From Bacteriovoracaceae bacterium (lineage in GTDB: Bacteria; Bdellovibrionota; Bacteriovoracia; Bacteriovoracales; Bacteriovoracaceae), in contig JBBARE010000001.1 in the NCBI GenBank assembly GCA_040399915.1, forward strand, positions 44,100-68,099: DNA of 24,000 nt. Reading direction: 5' to 3'. Of the stretch, positions 8,349 through 16,426 are shown in pieces (the first letter of the stretch is position 1; every line of letters starts with the position of its first letter). Made by a program: the position numbers and the translations under genes. The notes under the pieces were generated by a model. That model was not told the DNA's origin. It searched no databases and saw only the letters and a list, made by a program, of their open reading frames with translations.

Positions 8349-10265
8349 TTACATGTATCCAAATTCTTTAACCATCGAAGACACCTGCTCAACCTGGAGA
8401 CTTAAATCTTGAGTTGAGGTTGACTGGCGTTTAGCAATTTCTGCAGACGACTTAGCACTCTCAGAAATGATTCCGGCAGCACGACTTACTTCCTCAACAA
8501 TAACAGATCCGTTTTTACAAGATTGTTCAGACTCAACTGCTTTTGAGACCATTTCATTTGCAAGTTCAGTAAATGATTTAGCGCAATCGATGAGGTTTTG
8601 CATTTGAACAACAGATTCTTCTGCTCTAATGAAATCACGCTGAGCAGATTGATTCACGCGACTGATGTAATTCTGAACAAGGATTGTTTTTTCGTAAATT
8701 TTATCTAGAAGATCTTCAATAAGATCTGAATTAGAAGAAGTATCTGATGCTAGCGAGCGAATATCGCCTGCCACAACAGAAAATCCCTTCCCTGACTCAT
8801 TTGCCCTTGCCGCTTCTACACCACCACTAACTGATAGCATATTAGTCATAAGGGCGTTTTCACGAATAGAGCGTATGAACTTTTGAATTTTTGATACAGA
8901 AGATTTTAATTCCGATGCGTTGTCCTGAGATTGGCGCGAGGAATTTGCTGTTTTTGAAAGACTTTGTTGGATTCCAACAATAATTTCTGTCAGTTTCTGA
9001 AAAGTTTGCTCAATTGAATGCCCTGAAGCTTTAAAACTTTCAGCACTCTTAAGAATTGATTCAATTTTTGCCCGAGCATCCTGAATGACGATAAGAGATG
9101 AATCAGCTTGTTCAGACTGAGAGCTTGCACCTTCAGCAATTAGACTAATGGCCGCTGCAACTTCCTGAGCAGAAGCATTTGTTTCCTGAACAGTTGCTGT
9201 GAGCTGCTGGGAAGAAGAAGCGAGCATATCTAAGTATTCGGAGCTGTTGTTTAACAAATACTTTCTTGATTTGTCGCTAAGAAGCTTGGAAGATTCCATA
9301 ATGTCAGTCATGGCAACAAATTGTTCTTCACAACTTGCGAGAGCTTCAGCTCCAGAAGAAGAAGTTTGTGCTGTTGCCGCTGCAACTGAATCTACACGTT
9401 GTTTAAACGATAAAGCGTCTCGAGTGACGTCTTCAGTATCTCTTGCCATCTTACCGGCTTCAGTTGAAACCAGCTTAATGACTTCAGAAATTTCACCCAA
9501 ATGATTAATGACGACTTTAACATTTTCAATATCCGTTTTAGCTGATTCAGCACCACTATTTGAAAGAGACATGATAAGTTGAACATGTCCATGAATAGAA
9601 GAAATTGTTTCTGTGACAAGACAAGCACTCTTTTCAGCAATTTCTGCAAGATTTCTTACCTCATCCGCCACAACTGCAAATCCTAAACCCTCGCTCCCAG
9701 CGCGTGCAGCCTCGATTGCAGCATTTAATGCAAGAAGATTCGTTTGTTCAGCAATGTCTGCCACCGCTGTAATAACAGAACTAATTTCTTTTGAAGATTG
9801 CTGAAGTTCAAGCACTAAGCGACTAGTTTCAAGACACACGCCCCCTGCATCTTCAACAGAATGTTTCCAACCACTGACACCACGAAAAAACTCTTGGATT
9901 TGCGATTGTAAAAGTCCTGCTTTGTTGTGAGCAGTCTGAGAATGGTCATTAAGATTCTTAGAGTTATTTAGAATCAAGTCACCTATTCGAATAGATTTAT
10001 CAACTAGAGATCTGACGATATTACTTTGGTCGTTGACTTCAGACATGGTCACTTTTAGTTCCTGAGCAGAGTCTGAAATGCTTTCAGAAGTCGAGGCGAG
10101 ATCTTCAGTCAAAAGATTTAATCGCTCAGCAGCTTGCTGCTTAAGCCATTTCTTACGCTCTGAGATTCTACTCCCAGTATCATTGGCACTATTGACGACC
10201 TCAAGAATTTGGCGTTTTTGGGGGGAAGGCGAATCAATTTTTGTAGGTTGCTCTAATTTCTTCAT
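8349..10265 (-). CDS. Soluble (no TM segment) methyl-accepting chemotaxis protein with two tandem signalling-hairpin modules
   Basis: Canonical tip [38 protein letters not shown] (aa ~170-208) plus a second, divergent tip [39 protein letters not shown] (aa ~469-507). Heptad-spaced methylation-consensus matches ATVQETNA and ASAQEVAA are present. The N-terminus is hydrophilic. ATGA overlap with the cheA stop. Confidence 0.9.
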   Translation of the reverse strand: MKKLEQPTKIDSPSPQKRQILEVVNSANDTGSRISERKKWLKQQAAERLNLLTEDLASTSESISDSAQELKVTMSEVNDQSNIVRSLVDKSIRIGDLILNNSKNLNDHSQTAHNKAGLLQSQIQEFFRGVSGWKHSVEDAGGVCLETSRLVLELQQSSKEISSVITAVADIAEQTNLLALNAAIEAARAGSEGLGFAVVADEVRNLAEIAEKSACLVTETISSIHGHVQLIMSLSNSGAESAKTDIENVKVVINHLGEISEVIKLVSTEAGKMARDTEDVTRDALSFKQRVDSVAAATAQTSSSGAEALASCEEQFVAMTDIMESSKLLSDKSRKYLLNNSSEYLDMLASSSQQLTATVQETNASAQEVAAAISLIAEGASSQSEQADSSLIVIQDARAKIESILKSAESFKASGHSIEQTFQKLTEIIVGIQQSLSKTANSSRQSQDNASELKSSVSKIQKFIRSIRENALMTNMLSVSGGVEAARANESGKGFSVVAGDIRSLASDTSSNSDLIEDLLDKIYEKTILVQNYISRVNQSAQRDFIRAEESVVQMQNLIDCAKSFTELANEMVSKAVESEQSCKNGSVIVEEVSRAAGIISESAKSSAEIAKRQSTSTQDLSLQVEQVSSMVKEFGYM

Positions 10266-11950
10266 GCGCTTTTCTCCTTGAGCGTGAGTTCGAGATTATC
10301 TCGATCGTTTATTTTTTCTGTAATAAGTTTTTTTAAATCTAGAAATGGAACAGGTGTACCGTCTCCGATAATGGACATACCGAGCATACCAGGTGCGGTA
10401 CTCATCCAACGGCCTACTGGTTTGACCATGTGCTGCCCTTTAGAGCCGACATGATCAACTGGGATGCAGAAGTAACTGTTATTAACATTAACGATGATCC
10501 CAGTCGCTTTTTCGGAAACGATGAGATTATCAAGATTTGTATCAAGAGGAATAAATTGATGAGAAACTCCGGCCATCTGATAAACGATTAGATCAGGAAC
10601 TGGAGTTCGAATTTTCTTACGATCGATATTTATTACTCGAGTCACACCATTGATTGATACAAGATATGATTTTCCGTTGTGTTTTATAGAGAGAGCTTCC
10701 GAAAGACCATTGCACAACGGAATTTGTAAATTAAACTGAGTCCCAAAATTAATTTCCGTATGAATTCGTAATGAACCACCTAATGATTCAATATTTGTCC
10801 GAACAACATCTAAACCAACACCTCTGCCTGAAAACTCAGAAACCTGTTCTGCGGTTGAAAATCCAGGTGCAAATAAAAGCTCTAACACTTTGCCTTCAGA
10901 CCAGACATCTGCTTCGGCGCCAACGATGCCTTTTTCTTTTGCTTTTGCGAGAATTTTTTTTCCATCAATTCCACGCCCATCATCTTTGATGGTTATTTCA
11001 ACGACTGTTGGTTCAACATTAATGTGAATAGATAAATTTCCAGTTTCAGTTTTTCCTCTTCCTAATCTTTCTGACGGAGTTTCTAACCCATGATCAAGAG
11101 AGTTACGTACCATGTGAACGAGTGGATCTACTAAGGCATCTAAAATGGGTTTTTCAACGTAGTCAGTATTTGATGTGAAATTAAATAAAATTTTCTTATT
11201 TAACTTGTGGGCGGTATCTCTCACGACTCTGGAAACTCGTTGTTTAAGGGGATCAAGAGAACTTTTTTTCATATCAAGGACACGTTCGTTTAGTTCACGG
11301 ATATTTTTGTCCATAAGGCCAACAACGATTTGAAGTTGACGAGGCTCAAAAATATTTGAAAGAAGCTGTGCTCTGAGAGTTGCAAGCTCTCCAACAACTT
11401 GTTGAATATTATTAACCCGATCTAATGGAACCTTTAGTACTTGTTGATTGGGTTGTCCGACTTTCCTAGGCCCTGCTTGCTCTGGTTCTTCATGGTTAGT
11501 TTCTGATGCTGGACTTGCCTCAACAACATTCTTTTGGATTGCCATTTCAGCTTCAACGATTGAAACTTCTGCATTAATACGCTCGATCATTTTTTCAACT
11601 GCTACTTTGTCAATATCTTGCTTTGATGCAACAAAATTGAAGCAGTTTTTTAGAAGATCAGTTGTCTCAAGCATGAGACCGTTACGTTCCTTTGAATTAA
11701 GGTCAGGCCTTTGTCTTAAATAAGTTAAAAGATTTTCAAATTTATGTGCAAAGCCTGAGATATATTCAAGACCAACTGCTGCTGAAGACCCCTTTAAATT
11801 ATGGGCCACCCGGAAAGCTTCATTCAGAGCATCCACAGAACCAGGATTCTCATCTAAAATGAGGAATTTCTTTTCCATCGATTCAATCAGCTCAAGCGCC
11901 TCTTGAACGAAAATCTGCATAATTTCAAAAAGTTCGTCATCATTTTCCAC
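10262..11950 (-). CDS. cheA: Chemotaxis histidine kinase CheA (P1-P3-P4-P5; no recognisable P2)
   Basis: Hpt motif [16 protein letters not shown], dimerisation region [22 protein letters not shown]-box [17 protein letters not shown]1 DDGRGID, F-box [12 protein letters not shown]2 GRGVGLDVV, and a C-terminal CheW-like domain. Only about 40 aa of linker lies between P1 and P3. GTG start at 11950 ([20 protein letters not shown] fits typical CheA N-termini). Confidence 0.9.
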   Translation of the reverse strand: MENDDELFEIMQIFVQEALELIESMEKKFLILDENPGSVDALNEAFRVAHNLKGSSAAVGLEYISGFAHKFENLLTYLRQRPDLNSKERNGLMLETTDLLKNCFNFVASKQDIDKVAVEKMIERINAEVSIVEAEMAIQKNVVEASPASETNHEEPEQAGPRKVGQPNQQVLKVPLDRVNNIQQVVGELATLRAQLLSNIFEPRQLQIVVGLMDKNIRELNERVLDMKKSSLDPLKQRVSRVVRDTAHKLNKKILFNFTSNTDYVEKPILDALVDPLVHMVRNSLDHGLETPSERLGRGKTETGNLSIHINVEPTVVEITIKDDGRGIDGKKILAKAKEKGIVGAEADVWSEGKVLELLFAPGFSTAEQVSEFSGRGVGLDVVRTNIESLGGSLRIHTEINFGTQFNLQIPLCNGLSEALSIKHNGKSYLVSINGVTRVINIDRKKIRTPVPDLIVYQMAGVSHQFIPLDTNLDNLIVSEKATGIIVNVNNSYFCIPVDHVGSKGQHMVKPVGRWMSTAPGMLGMSIIGDGTPVPFLDLKKLITEKINDRDNLELTLKEKSA

Positions 11951-13232
11951 AGTGATCCTTTGAACACATCAACTGCTGTGTCTCAAAAAAATGAGATAAA
12001 TCTTTTCCGCGTGAATTTTCTAGTAAATTCTCTGTTCGGTCATCAACGACAATTTCATAAAGAGAACAGGTCAAACCAGAGAACTGGTAGAGACGTTCAA
12101 TCGCGCAATCTTTTTTTGTTAGACTAAGATTAAATTCAACAAACACAAAAACTTGAAGTCCATTTTGAGTCGGTTTTATAGAGACATTAAGTGCATTGAT
12201 ATCTTTTAAAAGATTTTCTTCCAGGGTTTTAAGATTTATCCATTGTCCAGACGAGGATTTAATCTTCTCTGATGCGCGACAAATGACATCAATCCTTCCA
12301 TCATCGGTTTCTACGCATAAGTCATTTGTTGGTTGCCAATCACACGGAGTTTTAAGGTCATCACCAAGACTCCAACTTTCTGATTTCACAAAAAGCTCAC
12401 CGTCTTTGATTTTAACTTCGCATCCGATCGCGCGACCATTTAATAAAACACCAGGCCCAGCTTCAGTTAAGCCGTAACCTTCATAAACTTTCCCTTCTTT
12501 AATCCAGTCCTTGCAACGTTCAGCGAGAGAGTGATTTAACCTAGCACCACCAATAAAAATTGAATCAGGTGCTCGAGGAGTTTGACGATTATTATAAAGA
12601 ATAAGCTCTAATTGTCTTGGAACCAAAGAAAGGTGCTGAATATTGTATGTATCAAGCATCGTCGTCATCCACTTGCGAGAACCTCGTAATTTTTGATCAG
12701 CTGGGCAGTAAACGACAGACTTTGAATAAAGACCAAGAACAAGATCAAGAACAAGCCCAAATGCATGGCCCCAAGGAAGTATAGCAAGTCGTTCAGTCTC
12801 AGATTGGTAACTAAAAAACTCACTATGATTTTTTAGCTGGAGAAGAATTCCTTGCCGAGTATAGTACCGAGTCTTAGGTTCACCAGTTGACCCAGAAGTT
12901 TTAAGTTCAAGTAGGATGTCTTTATTTCGGAGAGCGTGAGAGTTTGTTGATTGAAGAATACCTCTTGGTTTTGAGTCATCTGGTACAAAGACGTAGTGCC
13001 CGATAATAGACGCAAAAAAGTCTATGATAAATTCTTTACCAAATGAAGGAGAGGAGATTCTATCACCAGGGCGCGCCCCTAGCCTTTTTAATTCCGTTGA
13101 GCGTTCAAAAGCGAGCGACCAAATATTTGGTCCTGATAATACCTCTGAAACTTTACCAAACTCATCGCACCATGCAACAGATGGATGTTGTAGATCGCAA
13201 AGTATATTTCGAAAAGTGCGACTAAGATCCAT
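11940..13232 (-). CDS. pcl: Short adenylate-forming acyl-CoA ligase, probable p-coumaroyl-CoA ligase (pCL) for PYP chromophore activation
   Basis: AMP-binding motifs LKTSGSTGEPK and YEGYGLTEAGPG, and a TND..DDGRIDVICRASEKIK region (TGD-like). Its ATG overlaps the upstream lyase stop by 11 nt, and it is in one block with pyp. Confidence 0.75.
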   Translation of the reverse strand: MDLSRTFRNILCDLQHPSVAWCDEFGKVSEVLSGPNIWSLAFERSTELKRLGARPGDRISSPSFGKEFIIDFFASIIGHYVFVPDDSKPRGILQSTNSHALRNKDILLELKTSGSTGEPKTRYYTRQGILLQLKNHSEFFSYQSETERLAILPWGHAFGLVLDLVLGLYSKSVVYCPADQKLRGSRKWMTTMLDTYNIQHLSLVPRQLELILYNNRQTPRAPDSIFIGGARLNHSLAERCKDWIKEGKVYEGYGLTEAGPGVLLNGRAIGCEVKIKDGELFVKSESWSLGDDLKTPCDWQPTNDLCVETDDGRIDVICRASEKIKSSSGQWINLKTLEENLLKDINALNVSIKPTQNGLQVFVFVEFNLSLTKKDCAIERLYQFSGLTCSLYEIVVDDRTENLLENSRGKDLSHFFETQQLMCSKDHCGK

Positions 13233-14586
13233 AGGAATTCCAAGATTTTAAGTGGAGTTGTGGACTTACTTCTTCTCCGCGTCGGAGCGAAAACGCTCTA
13301 TCGAAGACGAAACTTGTTGCTCGAATCATCTCTCGAGCAATTTCCATTTGTTGAGAAAGACTATTAAGAGCTGCCATCCCACAGGGAACGATGTCTTGAT
13401 TGTTACCTTCACATGAGAAACTTAGCATGCGAGAAGGTACCTGATGCGATTTGAGTTGCTGCAGGAGTGAAGACATTAACTGATGAATGCCCTTCAAGTG
13501 TGATTCGCCTTGAAGTTCTAAATTTCTTGGCAAACCATTATTAAGATCAGGCGACATAAATATTAGCACTTGCCGATCAAGCATCTCACAAATACGAAAT
13601 ACTCCATCAGCGATAAGGTCAGCTGCCTGAGCAATTGGAAGCGCATAAAAATGGCCACCATGCCAGATCTCATTTTCAAGCACAACTGGGTTATCAGCAA
13701 TTCTTAGAGCTTCAAGTTCAATCCGTTCACCTGCTTGCTTAAAGCTCCAGAGAGCACTACCAAGAACATTTGGCGAGCAACGGATAGAGTATCTTGCTTG
13801 TTCTTCACCAGCACCTTGGATTGAAGTTGCAGTTTCCGATTTCTCAAAATCAGAGATAATATCAACCATTCGTTTTGCTACATAGGAAACATTTGTGCAC
13901 TGATGAGGAAGATCAATTCCAGAAGATGTAAAGTGACGAACACCGTATCCTGAAGCGTAACTCCCAATAGAAGCTAATCGAATGGCATCATAAAGGAAAT
14001 TATTGGCCTGTGAGAAAAGTTCAATCCCAAAACTTGCCATTACGGAATTTGTATTAACTAAAGTAAGGACATCCCTTGGACCCTGTACATCGTCTTTTTG
14101 ATTAAAAAGGGGAGCGACAGCATGTGCCATAGTGACCAAATCACCACTGGCACCGAGACTTCCATAACAAGGAACCTGGGGCATTGATTCGGATTCACAA
14201 AGTTCAATAAGCCGCTTAAAAGTTTCAGGATGAATACCTGAAAATCCAAGCGAACTTTTATACGCCTGAAGCTTTAGTGCACGACGAACAACCGATTCGG
14301 GTAGTGTCTTACCGACTCCAACTTGCAAATATTTTAAAAGAGCAAACTGATGTTCTTTCCAATCATTACTTGCAGAGGCTTTTACATCTGATCCAAACCC
14401 AGTGTGTAGACCATAAATTTTTCTATCGCTATTATTCGTATAGTTAAGAAGACGTTGATACGATTCAGAAACTCCTCGCTCGCTTCCCGCCGGTAAAGAG
14501 AATGAAGCTCTATTTCCCCAGGCAACAAGGTCTAGAAGATCAGGCGCAACTTTAGATGTTTTTATTTGAGTGTATTTTTCTATCAT
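13222..14586 (-). CDS. tal: MIO-dependent aromatic amino-acid ammonia-lyase, probable tyrosine ammonia-lyase (TAL)
   Basis: HAL/PAL/TAL family motifs YGLHTGFG and GSLGASGDL (the Ala-Ser-Gly MIO triad is encoded at 14143-14151). The substrate-switch position reads Tyr-Leu (LLKYLQVGVG), closer to PAL/TAL [F/H]-L than to HAL S-H. It is adjacent to pcl and near pyp. Confidence 0.8.
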   Translation of the reverse strand: MIEKYTQIKTSKVAPDLLDLVAWGNRASFSLPAGSERGVSESYQRLLNYTNNSDRKIYGLHTGFGSDVKASASNDWKEHQFALLKYLQVGVGKTLPESVVRRALKLQAYKSSLGFSGIHPETFKRLIELCESESMPQVPCYGSLGASGDLVTMAHAVAPLFNQKDDVQGPRDVLTLVNTNSVMASFGIELFSQANNFLYDAIRLASIGSYASGYGVRHFTSSGIDLPHQCTNVSYVAKRMVDIISDFEKSETATSIQGAGEEQARYSIRCSPNVLGSALWSFKQAGERIELEALRIADNPVVLENEIWHGGHFYALPIAQAADLIADGVFRICEMLDRQVLIFMSPDLNNGLPRNLELQGESHLKGIHQLMSSLLQQLKSHQVPSRMLSFSCEGNNQDIVPCGMAALNSLSQQMEIAREMIRATSFVFDRAFSLRRGEEVSPQLHLKSWNSYGS

Positions 14587-16001
14587 GATGCACCCTTTAA
14601 GTTATGAACATCAATTATATTGATCAGGCTATCGCCTCCGATAACGACTCCCAGGCAACTTTTACTTTCTTTGATTCCTATGCCCGGCTTAAGGGAGCCA
14701 CGAACGATTCCTACAACTTCCTCAACTTCAATGACAAACTGCCCTGCGCCCACATCATCAATCACAACGTATGAAGATTTAGAAGTTGTTGCTTGAGCAC
14801 CAAATCCAGTAGATTCTTTTAAAGAAATCAATGGAAGATTTTGAGACGAATTTATAGATGCGAGTCTTTTGATTTTATCCAGCTCAATGACTGAAACATT
14901 TTTTTCAATGCGGACAACATAGTTTGTAGAAATTCCAAAAAGCTGAAACTTATCATTTTGAGCTTGTCTCACGACCAGATATTCATGAAGACTGCGAAGA
15001 TCGCAGTGAAAAACCAAAGAACTCGACGAGTCAACCTTTGAAGTCTCTATCAAAACACCCAAGTGGGCAAAGCGTTTTAAATCAAGCTCTACCGGTGTAC
15101 TTGAGTCAGAATCCTCAATGAATTCGAAACGGAGTCGTCCCTTTTCGCGCTTTACTGACCAAGAAATGTTGACATGAGATTCATTAAAAGCATGTCGACT
15201 CTTAGCATTTTTTTCGCGAATTGAAAAAATACACTTCATCCATTCCTCAGCTATTGTTCGGAACGCAGTTGCAACTTCAGGTGCAATTCTTATGTTCTGA
15301 TCACAGTCGCCAATATTTAGAACTGCACGGGTGTTTGATTTTCGTAGCCACGGAGTTAATAGAACGAGAAGGTTTTCATTCAAATCTTTTACGTTTAACC
15401 AAACAGACTGAGCATAAATTTCAGCTACTTTAAGGATAGTATGATCCATTTTTTTAATTAAATCTGGATTGCGGATAACAATATCGTCGCGGGATTGAAA
15501 AAGGGATTCGTTAGTCAACTGCGAACATTTATCAAAGGATTCAACAAGATCGTAAAAACGATTAGCTAATGATGTTCTGTATTTTATCGATTCAACAGGC
15601 TCACTTGCAATTTTGTAAACCCAGAAAAGATCTTCCGAATTAATAAAGGTTTCAATGACACCAAGAATATAGGAGAGGCAGGCACCCTTTGCCATGAGAA
15701 AGGGTTTTGCCTCCCCTAATGAAAATGTTTGGTATTGCATTTGATTGTTGTATCGGTTCCACTCGAGTCGAATTTCAAGCCAAAGAGAAGGGAGAGAGCC
15801 GTGAGCTTCAGAGTCATCATCGTCGATACGGAGATCGTTGATACTTGAAGAAATTCCTTCAATTGTATCATTGTAAAACTTATGGATTAATTCCACTTCG
15901 TCTTGCTTTAGAGTATCGAGCCCTTCAACCATTTGATCGAATAAAGCACGTGTATCGCTGCTCTGTAATGTTTCAACTATTTCATTCGTTCTGAAGTTCA
16001 C
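14583..16001 (-). CDS. Hypothetical protein with a C-terminal CheW-like domain preceded by a degenerate CheA P4-like (pseudo-kinase) region; N-terminal ~210 aa unassigned
   Basis: The C-terminus YLVVRQAQNDKFQLFGISTNYVVRIEK...YVVIDDVGAGQFVIEVEEVVGIVRG...CLGVVIGGDSLINIIDVHNL resembles CheW/P5. The preceding AVLNIGDCDQNIRIAPEVATAFRTIAEEWMKCIF...GRLRFEFIEDSDS follows the CheA P4 layout but lacks N-box and G-box residues. GTG start at 16001 with GGGGAG 7 nt upstream. ATGA overlap with tal. Confidence 0.55.
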   Translation of the reverse strand: MNFRTNEIVETLQSSDTRALFDQMVEGLDTLKQDEVELIHKFYNDTIEGISSSINDLRIDDDDSEAHGSLPSLWLEIRLEWNRYNNQMQYQTFSLGEAKPFLMAKGACLSYILGVIETFINSEDLFWVYKIASEPVESIKYRTSLANRFYDLVESFDKCSQLTNESLFQSRDDIVIRNPDLIKKMDHTILKVAEIYAQSVWLNVKDLNENLLVLLTPWLRKSNTRAVLNIGDCDQNIRIAPEVATAFRTIAEEWMKCIFSIREKNAKSRHAFNESHVNISWSVKREKGRLRFEFIEDSDSSTPVELDLKRFAHLGVLIETSKVDSSSSLVFHCDLRSLHEYLVVRQAQNDKFQLFGISTNYVVRIEKNVSVIELDKIKRLASINSSQNLPLISLKESTGFGAQATTSKSSYVVIDDVGAGQFVIEVEEVVGIVRGSLKPGIGIKESKSCLGVVIGGDSLINIIDVHNLKGAS

Positions 16002-16011
16002 AATGGCTCCC

Positions 16012-16416
16012 CTATCCTACGTTTGGCATCCTACCGACAATTGCAGCCTCAAAAAGAGCAGATCCAAGCTCGCGAGCACGCTTTTGCATCTCTATACGCT
16101 CTTCACCACTTTTCGCAACTTTGTGCTCTAAATCCATCTTTTCATCAATGAGTGATTTTACCTGGTCCTCAAGACTAGTGATCATTTCTGTCACTTCAGA
16201 TGATCCAGATGATCCGGTTGAAGCAGTCGGGAAATTCTTTTCCTGGTAAATCGAATTTAATTGTTCTTCAAAGCTTGCTACAGCTTCGCGCAATTCATGA
16301 ATTTCTGATTCGTTACCGTCTGACTGCTTTTCATCGTACATGGCAATCAATTGATTCTCCATGCTCTGGAGAGATTCGCGCAAACTTTCAACAGTATCAC
16401 GATTGTTATTAAACAT
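16012..16416 (-). CDS. Small acidic coiled-coil protein with a three-fold internal repeat (unknown function)
   Basis: 134 aa from the ATG at 16416 (MFNNNRDT...). An AGGAG lies 7 nt upstream of this ATG and overlaps the pyp TAG stop. The repeats are ESLRESLQSMENQLIAMYDEK, ELREAVASFEEQLNSIYQEK and EMITSLEDQVKSLIDEK. The longer ORF-track start (16479) would overlap pyp by 53 nt and is unlikely. Confidence 0.65.
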   Translation of the reverse strand: MFNNNRDTVESLRESLQSMENQLIAMYDEKQSDGNESEIHELREAVASFEEQLNSIYQEKNFPTASTGSSGSSEVTEMITSLEDQVKSLIDEKMDLEHKVAKSGEERIEMQKRARELGSALFEAAIVGRMPNVG

Positions 16417-16426
16417 AGTAAATCTC

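Noticed and set aside
5913-10281. Numerous 60-110-aa ORFs overlapping cheR, cheB, cheW and the MCP on either strand (for example 5913-6113, 5935-6120, 6374-6577, 6835-7074, 7753-7962, 8122-8412, 9199-9504, 9392-9649, 9613-9804, 10078-10281)
   Set aside because: All lie inside strongly supported che genes. The repetitive Ala/Ser/Glu-rich MCP coding sequence naturally yields long alternative-frame ORFs.
13222-14586. Interpretation of the MIO lyase as histidine ammonia-lyase (HutH) of a histidine-utilisation pathway
   Set aside because: No hutU, hutI or hutG neighbours are present. The gene overlaps an adenylate-forming ligase and is co-operonic with pyp. The switch residues are Tyr-Leu rather than the Ser-His I associate with HAL. 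An enzymatic test is still needed.
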